Counted from the first letter of the whole stretch, positions 1-13,009 are shown. The stretch is 63,150 bases of DNA, filler included, from Octopus bimaculoides (GCF_001194135.2; 7 parts of 7 records of this genome joined end to end with filler, not necessarily neighbours in it); one strand, 5' to 3'. A program made the numbers and translations. The notes: generated by a model from the letters alone, not told the origin.

Positions 1-31
<31 letters not shown>

Positions 32-251
32 CTTTATTTAAAAGCAGAAGAAATATAAGTTTCACGTTCCCGTTCATCGGACAGTTTTGTTAGAAAATTT
101 TCTATTTAAAAGCACCAGAAATATAACAAAAACTGTTACTCGGAGTTTCTAACAAAACGTGAAACACCTAGTAACAGTTTTTTGTTATATTTCTGCTGCT
201 TTTCAATAAAGCATATTACTCTACCTCTGGTATTTGAGTTCTCTTTTTTCC

Positions 252-319
<68 letters not shown>

Positions 320-523
320 TTGTGTATCGGTGCATACATACATACATATAAATCTCTCTCTCCCTCTCTCCTTCCTCTCTATCACTCTCTCTCTCTCTCT
401 CCCTCTCTCTCTCTTTGCGTGTGTGCATATGTTTATGCATGTACATACACATTTATGCTTAGCGTTTGCGATATTGTTAACCACTTGTCACAGTTCACAT
501 ATATATACATGTGTTCATTTGAA

Positions 524-568
<45 letters not shown>
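252..568. repeat. Compound microsatellite cluster (AGAT)n / (CT)n / (AT)n
   Basis: Directly visible: (AGAT)n 252-319, (CT)n ~351-415, (AT)n ~526-568. The overlapping ORFs here (YLSI, ERER, YIYI repeats) are translations of these repeats. Confidence 0.97.
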
Positions 569-579
<11 letters not shown>

Positions 580-1044
580 CGTATATATGTATATACGTGT
601 AAACATGTGTGAATGTATATAAATAAGCACAAAGGTACTCACGCACATATGTGTGTGAGTATGTTTTCGTATTTGTATATGTACGTGCATCTTTTAAATG
701 TGACGATATGTGCATATCCGATACACTTCCAAAATTTTGCCATGTAAAAATGACATATTCTTTTGTTACTATGCACTAAATGTTCATATAAGTAATTTAT
801 TGCACTTCCCGGTCATAAACTGTTAACTGAGGAAATAGTGTTGTAGATATTTCATTGCGTTTTTGCACAGAATTTTTTTTATCTTGCATCGTCGCAATTC
901 TACGCATCGTTGTGAACAGATAAAAGCTTTTCAATGCTTATTTGAGTGTCATTCACGAACATTGCAGCAGCATGGATTTTAGTGCCAACTATTCTCTCCC
1001 TATTTCAAACCAATAAATAAAATATAAAGCTGCAATTCCAGTGG

Positions 1045-1140
1045 ATGGGTGTTCAATTGTATCCACCCTAGTACTTGACTGATATTGTATTTTATCGACC
1101 TCGAAATGATGAATGGTAATGTTGACCTCGGCGTAAGTTG
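1045..1140 (-). mobile_element. SINE family A fragment (degenerate)
   Basis: Reverse complement matches the family-A core 'gaggtcgactttgcctttcatcc...gtcgataaa...agtaccagt' seen in better copies at 24187 and 40311. Confidence 0.5.
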
Positions 1141-2039
1141 ATAAATAATTTGTAATGGAAGTAACTTAAACTGAAATCATTACAGTAATGTGGTATTTGT
1201 TTTCTTCCATAGATTAATACAGCGCTCAAATTTTAAACATCTGAAGGAAAACTTCGTTTGGAGCTCAAAATCTTGAATATTTACAAATATCATTCCTTTC
1301 TTGGAGCGAAATCTTTTATCTTCTAATCTAAATCCACTTTTCTCAAGAAGGAAGATGCTGTTTGTGATATGTAGAATCCATTTTCTACACATCCTCTCAC
1401 ATGAAAATCAACGAATAACTTCCTGTCAATCTTCCTCTAGGTCTATGTTTCGCATTTTTTTAAATTCATTTACTTTCTCTGGTGTTCACTAAAATCCTTA
1501 AATCACAAGCATTTGTCAGAGTGTGAGTCTATCTGAACCTAACGCTTTAAAATCATCTTTTGAGACATCAATGCACAATTCATAATAAGCTCGGTCACAG
1601 AGGAGACTTGTACGCGGTTCTTTGTGCTACCAGAAATAGAAAACAAATTTCCCCCAAATCATTCCATACTATCTGATAAAACGCTAGAACAGATTGTGTA
1701 TCGTTGTCCTAAGTATATGTAAAAAGATGCGATGGTTACTGCTGGAATATTTTTGACCACAAACCTGATCGACCTGAATTTAACTGAATCGAAAGAATAT
1801 CGCTAACAGCAAAAACACAATTTCATCTTTAGTTTCGCAAATCTTTCTTCGATAGCTATTGTAGAGTTGTCTTCAATAGTTCGTATCCTTAGTTAGACAT
1901 GTCCTTGACAGATATCCACAATTCTATGCCAGTCATCCTTGGGCCCATCTGACACTGCTAAGTAAGTGATTAAACCTACTTAGACCGCTCAGCACACACT
2001 GCTCAATCGCTCAACCTTGAATCCTACAACTCGCCCACT

Positions 2040-2690
2040 TGCAGTTGTGCTGATGAAGGACATTGCATTAAAAGAGCTGAAGAAAGTGGGCCATCGTCCT
2101 CAACTGATAAGTACGAGAGAAAGCCGTTAGTGTTTGTCGATTTACTAGACATAGCAGCCAGTCTCGTATCATACACCATAACCTGAGAAATATGCATGCT
2201 GTATGATTTTGACCAGAGTTACTTATAGATTGGAAAATACAGGACGGTTTTCAATGCAATATTTTATATCATAATTCTGGTTGGTCAGGAATGACCAACA
2301 ACTCAAAAGCATTTCATCTACTGCTATATTTGTAGAATGACTGTCAAGAAGTCAAAGAATATTTTCATGAGTCACACGACCTACAAGTTTTTTTACCTTT
2401 CAAACTGCATCAATCCATTGCTATGTGTATACCCAGCAATGTTTCTAGATTACCCTAAACAGATAAAATGACCGCTTCTACCAAATTGGTGTCATAAACT
2501 CGCTGAGCATTTCAGCGTTTCGCCGTATGCAATGATCCCTTTCAATCAATAAAATCATTCTCCGAAATTGACATGTACCTCTCTTTCTTAATATCACAAT
2601 TTAAATATCGATGAAAATAACCATTAAAATACACGTCGTATATCATCGAATTTCAGAGACGACGAATATATTTTTCTTAGAATGAGATGT
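2040..2690 (-). mobile_element. Degraded, internally deleted piggyBac-like transposase remnant
   Basis: Manual minus-strand translation gives, in piggyBac order, SLKFDDIRR (~2660; cf. LRFDD), TNIAVDEMLL (~2320; first catalytic D), VFSNL*V (cf. Y.SNLEVY.GKQ), YETG...DK and RWP (~2090). Multiple stops and frameshifts. Confidence 0.45.
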
Positions 2691-2799
2691 ACAGAAAAAT
2701 CACATTCTTCGGTGCATATCGATGGTCACACAATCATGGGATGTTCTGTAAAAAGTGTTACCAAGAGAACATCCTCTTCACTCTACTTGATTAAGAGCT

Positions 2800-3460
2800 A
2801 CATTTGTTTCATATTTGTTGTCTAGAAATGTCAGATTGCTTCAGTTCATGGTGCGCTAATGGATGTCTATTGATTCTCATAACAATTATGATTTGCACCA
2901 AGAGTCGATTACAGCTCACACTATCTTCTTTTCATATATTAATGACCTACATGCTGTCACTTCTGACCATACCTCAACTCATATTCAGTTAAAAATACTC
3001 TTCATTCTGCTCGGAATCTTTCGAATACAAGAGTACACACATCCATGACATCTCGTGATAGATAGACCCTTTGTCTATTTAACAGCATATTATCCTTTAA
3101 TATCTCCTCAGAATAATCGATACATATGTCAATGAAACAAACGATCATACATTACAGATGGTCAATATATGACTAATAACCAAGCCACAACGCAGTTATA
3201 TTTTTAATCGATTCTTCTGCATATGTGGTTTCTCGTTGCCAAATCACGAAAGTTGAATCTCAAAGACTAGTCTTCCCATTAAATACGTCAGTATTGATTA
3301 GTTGCTGACAAAGCTCAAGAGCCACTTACATTAATGTTTACTGTCATATCCCGCTGAAAACCTCGATTGTCGTCCAATTACTGAAGCTATATCGAGCCTA
3401 GTTAGTATTTATTTAGATGGTGACCACTTGGAAAAGGCCCAAGCGTTGTAAACATTTTCT
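2800..3460 (+). mobile_element. Degraded CR1/L2-like LINE reverse transcriptase remnant
   Basis: SYLLSRN...LHQESITAHTIFFSYINDL resembles SFLS.R...GVPQGSVL.PTLFLLYINDL. Heavily decayed. Confidence 0.45.
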
Positions 3461-3662
3461 GAAGCAACAAGAGAGAATTTACGTAGCGGAATGAATTGTC
3501 AGAAATAGTGACCAAATCGTCCTCGTATCACACCTTGTTGCTTTAATAATGGAAATAATCGATGATAGAGTACAAGACACGCTCTACACAAATGAGACAT
3601 TCAGGGTTGGAAAACTTGATTCTTGGTCTGCTCGATCATATCTGAACTGGCAATAAACAACA

Positions 3663-3994
3663 TAAAAAACTTGAACCCTCTTAGTTACAACATCGAGGGC
3701 TCCAGTTCACCCAATCGACAGAACACCCTTCTCTTGAAATTAACGTGCAAATAGATGAGCACTCGACAGACACGTGTACCCATAACGTAGTTCTTGGGTA
3801 GATTCAGCGTGACATACAATATAACAAGGCTGGCCCTTTGAAATACAGGTACTACTCGTTTTTACCAGCGGAGATGACTAGAGCAATGTGAGATAAAGTA
3901 TTTTGCTCAAGGACACACTATGCTGCCAGGAACTGAACTAACGACCATACGATCGTGAGCCGACTTCCCTAACCACTATGCCGTGCACTTTCAC
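3663..3994 (-). mobile_element. tRNA-derived SINE, head H1 + tail T1, full length
   Basis: tRNA-like head (ggcatagtggttaggg), CORE-like 'gtgtccttgagcaa', tail T1 shared with the copies at 28010 and 41286. Flanked by an 8-bp direct repeat AAACAACA (3655-3662 / 3995-4002), consistent with a TSD. Confidence 0.85.
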
Positions 3995-4439
3995 AAACAA
4001 CACAAACTGTAGCAGAGAATTGCTCACATGTACGAGATAAAGCTACAGTTGCTGTTGCAACTACTGCCATAATCATGGCTTCTGTCTCTTTTCAATCTAC
4101 ATTAAAACGTACCTCATCACACATACACCCTCCAAGAAATCTAATTTAATACATCTCACACTCATCTCGACATAAGTACCTCTTTTTTTTTTCAGTTATT
4201 CCACCCTTGAGATGCTTCCGTATCGAAGCCCACCACTACTAACTCAAACACCACAAACGCATGTTTATGAATGGTTTCCTTCAGATAATAAATTAGAGAA
4301 TTTCAAATCTTACACCATTGCATAGATCTCACCAATCTGATAAAGTTTTCGAAATCCCTGGGGCTATCGCCTTAATGCTCTTTCCGAATAACTGATTCAA
4401 ATATGTTCATAAATTTGACGATTCCATAAATGTGATAAG

Positions 4440-4477
<38 letters not shown>

Positions 4478-4720
4478 NNNNNNNNNNNNNNNNNNNNNNN
4501 NNNNNNNNNNNNNNNNNNNNNNNNNNNNNNNNNNNNNNNNNNNNNNNNNNNNNNNNNNNNNNNNNNNNNNNNNNNNNNNNNNNNNNNNNNNNNNNNNNNN
4601 NNNNNNNNNNNNNNNNNNNNNNNNNNNNNNNNNNNNNNNNNNNNNNNNNNNNNNNNNNNNNNNNNNNNNNNNNNNNNNNNNNNNNNNNNNNNNNNNNNNN
4701 NNNNNNNNNNNNNNNNNNNN
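4478..4720. other. Assembly gap (one of many, nearly all bordered by microsatellites)
   Basis: N run flanked by (AT)n and (TG)n. Similar large gaps at ~20028-20466, 21582-22193, 30239-30869, 36727-37490, 43133-43321, 44583-44970, 48158-48390, 52497-53118, 55733-56409. Confidence 0.99.
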
Positions 4721-4793
<73 letters not shown>

Positions 4794-5069
4794 TTATTCT
4801 CATTCTATGATCTGTTCGAAACTAATACAAAAAATTCCGATATTCTATCGTGGCAAGAAAGAAGACAAAGAAAAAAAATTTAAATAGAGTACTGTTAATA
4901 ACGAAATTTACGTGAGTCACATGCAATACATTGATGCATGCGATGTGTTCACCACAATTGGCATGAAGTGAAAACTAATTTTCTAAATTTAATACCGTTA
5001 TAATGTGAATTTACGAAACGTGACTGTCATTAAAAGAAAAACTAAAGATTAAAGGAAAATAGTACTGAT

Positions 5070-5112
<43 letters not shown>

Positions 5113-5212
5113 CCCTGCCGCTGAAGGTGCTAAGTGAATGTAACACGTTAGAGTTGATTATATCGTTAAGGAGGATAAACGTAATTGTGAATGGGAATAT
5201 GTGTAAGAAGAA

Positions 5213-5360
5213 AACGGACCGGCAGAGTGGATAGAGCGTCGGTATGAATACAGGGCTGTGATATTTGTGCTGTTTCTCTGCTTTTCGAATTCGTATCATG
5301 CCGAGGTCAACATTTTGCCTTTCATCCCTTCGGGGTCAATAAAACGACAGACAAATATTA
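5213..5360 (+). mobile_element. SINE family A (diverged)
   Basis: A-box-like 'ggcagagtgg' and core 'ccgaggtcaacattttgcctttcatcccttcggggtcaataaa'. Confidence 0.55.
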
Positions 5361-5365
5361 CTGTC

Positions 5366-5368
<3 letters not shown>

Positions 5369-5408
<40 letters not shown>

Positions 5409-5409
5409 A

Positions 5410-5444
<35 letters not shown>

Positions 5445-5449
5445 ACTCA

Positions 5450-5493
<44 letters not shown>

Positions 5494-5495
5494 TT
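5369..5495. repeat. (CT)n-(CTAT)n microsatellite
   Basis: Directly visible; abuts the 3' truncation point of the PLE remnant. Confidence 0.97.
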
Positions 5496-7370
5496 AGGAG
5501 TATTTTCGAGGAAGGCAGTATTTATGGCAGTATTTTCGGGGAAGGTGTGTTGCTGTTTGAACTTTTCTTACGGTTTCTATGTCGATTTGTGTTACACGTC
5601 TGATTCCATCCTCTATGAGTTGAACTGGGTAGTGTCTGTCAATTAGGGTGTTTTTGAGTTCTTGCAGTCTAAAGTCTCTGGTATTCTTCTGACACTATTG
5701 TTCATATTCTTCTTGCAAGTTTGAAGGGGATGTTTGTTTTGGTGTGTCTTGGGTGGCATGAATTAAATAGTAGATATTGTTTGGCGTCTGTGGTTTTGTA
5801 AAATATGTCCGTTTCTATTTTTAGGTTTATTTTTTTAATTAGTGTATCCAAGAATGGGAGCTCCTTTTGGTTGTCCTCCATTGTGAACTGTATGTTTGGG
5901 TTGATGCTGTTCAATAGTCTTTTGAATCTCAGGAGTTTGTCTGTGTTTTCATTTCAGAGTATGAAACAGTCATCTGGGAATATTTTCCAATTTTCTTTTA
6001 TGCACTTGGAAAGGGGGTTTCCAAAGGTAGATAACGATTCCTGGTATATTATTATTTCCAGATAGCCCATTGTTAGGTTCGCAATGACTGGGACAGCCCT
6101 AGTGCCCATAGCAATTCCGGAATTATGTCGATAAAACGTATTGTCAAACATGAAGTTGTTTTGTAGGGTGAATTCAACTGATTCAATTATGAATTCTTTG
6201 CTGATCCTTTTTGCTATTTCTTCCGGAAATTGGTCCAGCCAGAACTGAATAGCCTCTAGCTCATAATTATGAGGTATATTGGTATATAAATTAATTACAT
6301 CAAATGAAACCATGATGGTTTCTTCCTTGACCTTTTTGGGAGGTGATTTAACATATCCAAGTCATCTCTGATATAGCTATTGATGTGTTTAAGGAAGGGT
6401 TTCAGGAGGATGTCCATAAAAAGATTTAGTCTGTGTGTTACACAGGCAGGGCCAGCTATAATAGATCGAAGTTTTAGGTCCCCTGGGTTTGGTGTATGTT
6501 TTGTGTTGTTATGGGGTGGTTAAGCCTGGTATTGGGACGTTTTTGTTCCTGGTGTATGGGTGACCTTTAGATTTGGTGTGATCTATTTCATAAATGCGTT
6601 GGCTGTCAGCTTGTTCCCTGTTTAGTTTTGGGTGGTTCAGAAATGATGGTTCTAGGTGATTTCTATTTATGGTGTATGGAGGATAATGAGGAGGATTGTT
6701 GTTGGTTAAGTGGTTAAAACTGGAGGTGATTTGTGCGTTGTTCCGTTTTTGTTTGTGATTTACAGTTTTTTTCTTTAGAAAAAGATTATCTGTACTGATT
6801 TTTTTCTAAACGTTGATTTATATCTTTTGGAGAAATCATTGCTTTTTCCCAGCATAGGAGAGAATTTTTTTCTTCCTTTTCACAGACTTCTTTCCAAAGA
6901 TTTATGATGTTTCCGAGGGGTTGTCCCTCGTTTTTTTTTTTATATTTCCCTGTGCATCTCCTCGTCGATGTTTTTATATTTTTCTTCATTAGTGGAGGCT
7001 CTAAGTCTTAGTAGTTCGATCTCTGATTTTAGATGGAATAGTGCTAACCTTTCCCTAATAGCCCTCTGTCCATCAGGTTCATTTGGTATTGTTTTGATCT
7101 GGAATTTGCGTAGGAGAATAATTGGTGTTGAGTTCATCCATCCCTCGTAGATATCTGCTTTGTTGGAATTTTTTATCATATTCCATAAAGTGAGTTTTCT
7201 ATTATGGAGGTTTGTATTCCAAATGTTCTCTATTTTTCTTTTTGTTAGATTGACTTTTGTAAGTATGACGTCCTGGTGTGTTTCATTTGGTGTGCGTTGG
7301 TTGTTGTTCGGTTTGTTTGTGAATACCGACTTTAGTGTAGTGCATAGTGTTTAAATCTTTACTAATTTGT
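5496..7370 (-). mobile_element. Penelope-like retroelement A, frameshifted RT, no endonuclease seen
   Basis: Motifs KLRSIIAGPAC...SYIRDDLDML / VSFDVINLYTNIP / GIAMGT / KIFPDD (decayed YxDD) / INPNIQFTME...LPFLD...YKTTD...YLLFNSCHP, all typical of PLE RT and thumb. Broken across ORFs 5702-5914, 5954-6313 and upstream frames. Confidence 0.9.
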
Positions 7371-7409
7371 TCGTTTTAAAATGAATTCGTTGAAAGTATG
7401 TATGTATAT

Positions 7410-7461
<52 letters not shown>

Positions 7462-7464
<3 letters not shown>

Positions 7465-8150
7465 GGTCGGACAGAATTTCAAACAAATTTATTTAAACTA
7501 CAGCTTGAATTCTACGAAGTAGGGACTCCTACAAAGTTTGAATTGTTTCCAAAGGAATTTTTGTTCATTCTTCAGCTAAAACAGTCTCCAATTCTTGTAG
7601 TGATGATGGTGAAGGATATCGACTACTTACTTGTTTTTTCTAAAATGCACCATAAATGTTCAATAATATTGAGGTGTAGGGACTGTGGTGGCCAGATATG
7701 TTGTTCAACTTCACTAGAATTTTCCGCGTGCCATTCAGTAACAAATTTAGCGGTGTGAATAAAGTGCTTAAACAGTCTTGACTATTAATTCTACCATGAA
7801 GGGAAACCATTGGGCCGGCGAATTTCCAAGATATAGGCCCCTAGATCACCACAGATCCGCTTCCATGTTCAACAGTTGGAAGAAGGTAGTCTGGGTCAAA
7901 TGCTTCTTTTGGCTGTCTCCACGCGTATACTCGGCCGCTGGTCGGAAATAATGTAACGGATGACACGTCCGAGAAAATAACATTCTTTCACTGCTCTAGG
8001 GACCAATTCTGTAGGTTTTTACTCCACTCTAAACGCTTTGAAACGTTTGTTTTTGAAAGAAGTGGTTTTTGATTGCAACCCTCTCGCGAAATCCGGCTTT
8101 GAGCAGCTCCCGACGAACAGATTTTGTGGAAACTGGGTTGTATTTATATA
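7462..8150 (-). mobile_element. Tc1-family transposase remnant (5'-truncated, internal deletion)
   Basis: Manual translation: KKPLLSK...RLEW..N..NWS...KNVIFSD / WRQPKEAFDPDYLLPTVEHG.GSVVI*G / HTAKFVTEW...WPPQSLHLNIIEHLW. The second catalytic D region is deleted. Confidence 0.85.
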
Positions 8151-10200
8151 TGTAGTAATCCATGTTGTAAGATGTTGCGTACGATATTTTCACTGTGTGC
8201 TTGTTGAATAAACGGTAGTATTTATGTGTTTTAGGGAAGCATCTATTTAATACTACAATGAATTGCTTACCTATACTGGAAGATATTTGCAGTCTAAAAA
8301 TTAGATTATACGAGAGGACTTCAGAATTTTTGTACCTTTTGTTTGGTTCCTTCTTCCTATTTTGCGTGTTGTTGTGGTTATGTGAGTTTGTATTCCAATT
8401 ATTTCTATTCTTTTGGGCTATATATGTTTACTTCCTATCTTTCTGTTGTTTCTCGGGTTTTCTCTTTATGATTGTTATTCGTTGGTTGATGTCATTTGTG
8501 TTTTGTGTGTATTCTACCTTATTTGCGTTTTTGTTGTTATTTGGGGTTTCGTTATTTTCCAACTTGATTTTTCCTTTATATCTGGCCCTAGCAACCGCTT
8601 CATTGTAGTATGATGCGTGTTGGTTGAATATTTCCTCCGTGGCTGATAATCTTGTTATTCTGGCGGCTATGTTTTTAATTATTGCCTTGGTTATGGATGG
8701 TGGATGATTGGAATTTACATTTATTTATCTTAAGCACTCATTCGGCTTGTTGAATGGTTCATCCGTGCCACTTTCCAAATTAAAAGTCGCATCTAGAAAG
8801 GTTACCTCACAGTAATCACAGTCTATGGTTAATAGAGAGGCCGAAACGCCTAAAAAATTTATGGAGTTCTTTTCTATATATTTTTATATCTATTTTTGTA
8901 CAGTTTTTCATTAGGAAAAGAGCTTCGTCCCTGTACAGATGTCCCGTTATCTGTCGGAGTATGGAGTTGATATGGAATAAGAGGTAGATTCCAATGATAT
9001 CAGTTACCGGAACCGAGTCACTCGATCCCATTGTTGTATCAAAGGAATTAGCCGTATCTGATCTACTCCATTGTTTGTTATCGTGACTAATAACAGTTTG
9101 ACGAGCAGTTAAAATTATGTCCACGTCTATCTTACATAAACTAGAGTTTTTCATTGTGAATATAAGAGCGTTATTTAGTCATATAGGATTAATCGTGGAA
9201 TAGTAGCTATCCATATCTAATTGTATAAATTTGGATTTTTTAGTTTTCTCTGCTTTCATAAACTATCCTATAACCTTCTGAGTCCCGGGCCACAATGAAA
9301 GTCTAATCTTAGTTTTTAGTTGGGGCATTACTCTCTCTATGATGTTTTTATACGTCCAACGTCCGATTTACATGGGCATATTAATCTCCTTTTGGGTCAC
9401 TGTCGAAGTTATTTTCGTAGTCCTTTAGGTTTATCTTAGGTTTGGGAGGGGGTATATGATTCAATCCTATCATCTATCCTTAGATTCTTTTTTACTATTT
9501 CTAATTCCTTTTTGTTTATACTATCTAAGATGTTGTTGGGTACATACTTGTATTTGCTGAGCATTTCTTTTTTGAGTAAACTATTGTATAGTTTGATGTC
9601 TACAATATAGAGATTGCCGATTTTATCCGCTGGCCAGATTATTCCGTTTGCTTCTTTGAAAACCTTCAACATTTTATACACTTTCTACTGGTGTTCTTTT
9701 TACTTGTCACCTAATTTCTGATGTTCATTCATTCGTTCTCATTGTTATATTATGTGTTTCCAGCAGTGAGTGTAAAATTTACTTTTTTGATATTTTCACT
9801 CCCTTATCTTGATTTAAACAGATTTGCAATCGTTAAATTAGTTATTTTTGTGGTAAAAATTACATTCTATACTTTTCCTTGCACAATTTTATTTTGTATG
9901 TATGGGTTACATTTTTTGTATTTTTCTTTTTTATTCCTATTCGATAATTTATTCTTTTGCTATTCTGCTTCCACACTTGAATTTTCAGATTGAGAAGAGT
10001 TTTAGTGGGTCTCTCAAACAATTGGCGTAATTTTCAATTCTTTTATATTGAGCTGTGTTTACATTTATTTGAAATTGCCTGATCCACACCTTGTCAAACA
10101 TATGCCCGTAATCTGCCTCTGAGTATATAAACAATATTTTAAAGCTGAGACCATCACTTATTCCATTCTTGTGATAACAACTGTGAATATCGTATCTCGC
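8145..10200 (-). mobile_element. Penelope-like retroelement B, RT of the 'GLYRDD' type, degraded
   Basis: ADKIGNLY...IDDRIE / INLKDYENNF / FIQLDMDSYYSTI / FDTTMGS...GIYLL...LYRDE / VTFLDATFNL...NSNHPPSI / KTHKYYRLFNKHTVKISY. Truncated just before the endonuclease region; the 5' boundary is approximate. Confidence 0.8.
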
Positions 10201-10564
10201 ATTCACAGAATTTCACTCCTACTCAAAACGTCTAGCCATTTTTTCCACGACATTAAAAAATTTTTACATTTTGAGTAATCTTTTGGCATCATCAAAACAT
10301 TAAACAGTTTAAATAGATTATCATCAGTTCTATTCATAAAAACCATATAATTTTATTTTTTCATTGTTATTTTTTTTTTAAAATTCGAAGTAGTCTCTAG
10401 TCTGTTCACACAATATTTTTATTGATCCTCACCGTGGCAAAATGTGACAATGCAGAGATTCATATATGTAACACAGAGATTAATCACTCTTGTGTCCATG
10501 TCGTTGTTGTATACGTTTCTAGTTCGCAACGCATTCCAGAGTATCCTTTCTACTATAGGTACAA

Positions 10565-10758
10565 GTCCTGAAATTTGTGGGGAGGAAAATAGTCGATCAC
10601 ATCGACCCCAGTACTTGACTGGTACTCAATTTATCGACCCCAGAAGGATGAAATGAAAAGTCGACCGCGGCGGAATTTGGACTCAGAACGTAGCCACGGG
10701 CGAAGTAGTGATAAGCATTTCGTCCGGCGCGCTAACGATTCTACCAGCTCAGCACCTC
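10565..10758 (-). mobile_element. SINE family A
   Basis: Reverse complement: gagctggtagaatcgttagcgcgccggacgaaatgc...ttctgagtccaaattccgccgcggtcgac...gtcgataaattgagtaccagt. Confidence 0.85.
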
Positions 10759-11138
10759 GTAACGCAATCAAGAATATAAGAGGCAAAAGTAAGGTCTTAA
10801 ACGACCACCAAATGACGTAATATAATGACTAATACACGCGTATTGAGCAGCCTTATACCAATGCAAAACGACACTAGCTGTAACATTTTTCCAACAAATT
10901 TTGTCAAAAAGACTTATCTGTTAAAAACACAGGACTTTGTGCAGATCACCGGTATACCATCAGTAACGATGGTTTAAACTCATTTTGCTTCATCACTCCT
11001 GCTCTCCATCATAAGGATGTTATCTGCAGACATTGGTATTATTTAAGGCTAGATAAAGCTCTCCCGACAGAAGAGAATAAGCTTGTTTACGTATATTCTC
11101 TTTCCCAAGTGGATAAGCTCAAATGATTCCTCGCTTAC

Positions 11139-11180
11139 CTGCACTTTTTCCGCCCATTTCATCACACAGCATCGATGGAA
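11139..11180 (-). CDS. Candidate 42-nt coding micro-exon, FHRCCVMKWAEKVQ (RING/PHD-like motif)
   Basis: Flanked by TTTCAG| acceptor and CAG|GTAAGC donor, phase 0/0. The peptide fits FHxxC[IV]xxW. No partner exons found; could be chance. Confidence 0.25.
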
Positions 11181-11311
11181 CTGAAATCTTATTCGGTCAC
11201 ATATTAAAATTGACGATTTTCTGAAATTTGAGTCTTTATCCTCTATGTATGTGTGTGCATGTATCTTTCCGTCTCCCCATCTCACTCTCACTCTTTCTCT
11301 CGCTCTCTTTC

Positions 11312-11420
<109 letters not shown>

Positions 11421-11783
11421 ATGTATATATGTTTATGCAAAGTTTAGGTTAGTTAAAAATATGTTTGTGACATATTTCAAGTTCTAAAATGCAAATTCAC
11501 TACATTCTCTCTTATGGTAAAAAGGTGTAAAAATACCATTATCCGTCCAGTGTCGCCCACTATCAGTATTCCTAGATGTCAACGTTTCTAGCTCTAACTG
11601 ACTGACTGACTGACTGATTGACTGGTTGGCTGATGTGGCTGATTAACTTCAACCTGGTGGTTTGTAGATCATGAGTCCAAAGTCAGATGCACGACGGCGG
11701 CGGCATACTGGAGGCACAATGAAGTGCCTTACTGTGTTAGTTCTAGTCTTCATTTACACGTGCTTTTCCATTTGGTTGGTTTG

Positions 11784-11815
<32 letters not shown>

Positions 11816-11842
11816 TCAGGCCCTGTACCTATAGTAGAATTA

Positions 11843-11912
11843 TTTTTATTATTGTTGTTGTTGTTGTAGTTGTTATTCTTATTCTTATTGTTATTATTAT
11901 TATTATTATTAT

Positions 11913-11970
<58 letters not shown>
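11843..11970. repeat. Compound (TTG)n/(TTA)n/(TAG)n trinucleotide microsatellite
   Basis: Directly visible. Confidence 0.97.
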
Positions 11971-13009
11971 CAAATATTGAGCTCCATAGAGATAAATTTA
12001 TTTCTAGGCCGTCAGTGACGCTTCATGTTTAACCATTTATTTTATATTTGCATGGCGCATATTGTTACTGTGTACTTTGCGTATGAAGTGCTCAGATTTT
12101 CCAATATTGCTTATATCATTTTAAGTCCGGTGTTGCGGATTTGAGTGGGGAAGATAATGGATGGACTTCCGATTTTGTTTCTTTTGATTAGTAGCAACTT
12201 ACAACTGAGTTTATATATATTATTTTTTTTTATGTGCTGTTGTATTTTGAATTTGGCCAGCATTATCATTCCCTTGTTTTTTTTTCATTTAGAGTTAATT
12301 GTCATTTACAAATTCCTTTCTCACATCGATTGCTCTGTATGTTTCGAATTTTCATCGTTTCTGTAGTGGCCATCTTGTCTTCTTTCCTGATATATTATTC
12401 CAAAAACTGGGATTAGCAAGTATATTTATCCGCGTTCAGAACTTTAGTGAGATTTGGCTGCTATTATAGCAATTTGAGCAAAGAGGCTTTTTCGTTGGCT
12501 CGCATGTTTATATTATTGTTGGTGCTGTTGTAATAATTTTAACTTCAAATCATACATGATCAAGAAGTCCCAAAGTTATTATGGCGTTGAGAATTCTGAA
12601 TTGTGGTAGGGAAGGTGCATGTTATATCCAGAACTACATTATCACAGGTTATTTTTTTTCTTTAAAGATTGTATTGTGTCCTAAGAGAGAGAGGTGTCTG
12701 CTGCGTATAGCAGGTAGAAGAAATGCGTAGAGGGTGTGTATTTTGCACAATGTCTTGAGGCCATACACTAACTCCATCACTACTACTGTCAACACCAGCA
12801 GTGCAAATATTTCAACAAACACAAAACAACCTTATCTACCCCCAAACCAATTATAAGAATAATATCCCCAAGGAAGATTCATAAGCTATACAGCCATAGT
12901 AACACACATCAAAGGATTGATGAAACATACATATATGCACAAACATTCCACACGGTGATAACATTAAAGCAACAACTAACATACAAACACACAAATGACA
13001 AAGACAAAA

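Noticed and set aside
136-715. Numerous ORFs with YIYI, THTH, CVCV, LSLS, ERER or poly-X runs here and throughout the window
   Set aside because: Translations of microsatellites and N gaps; no coding evidence.
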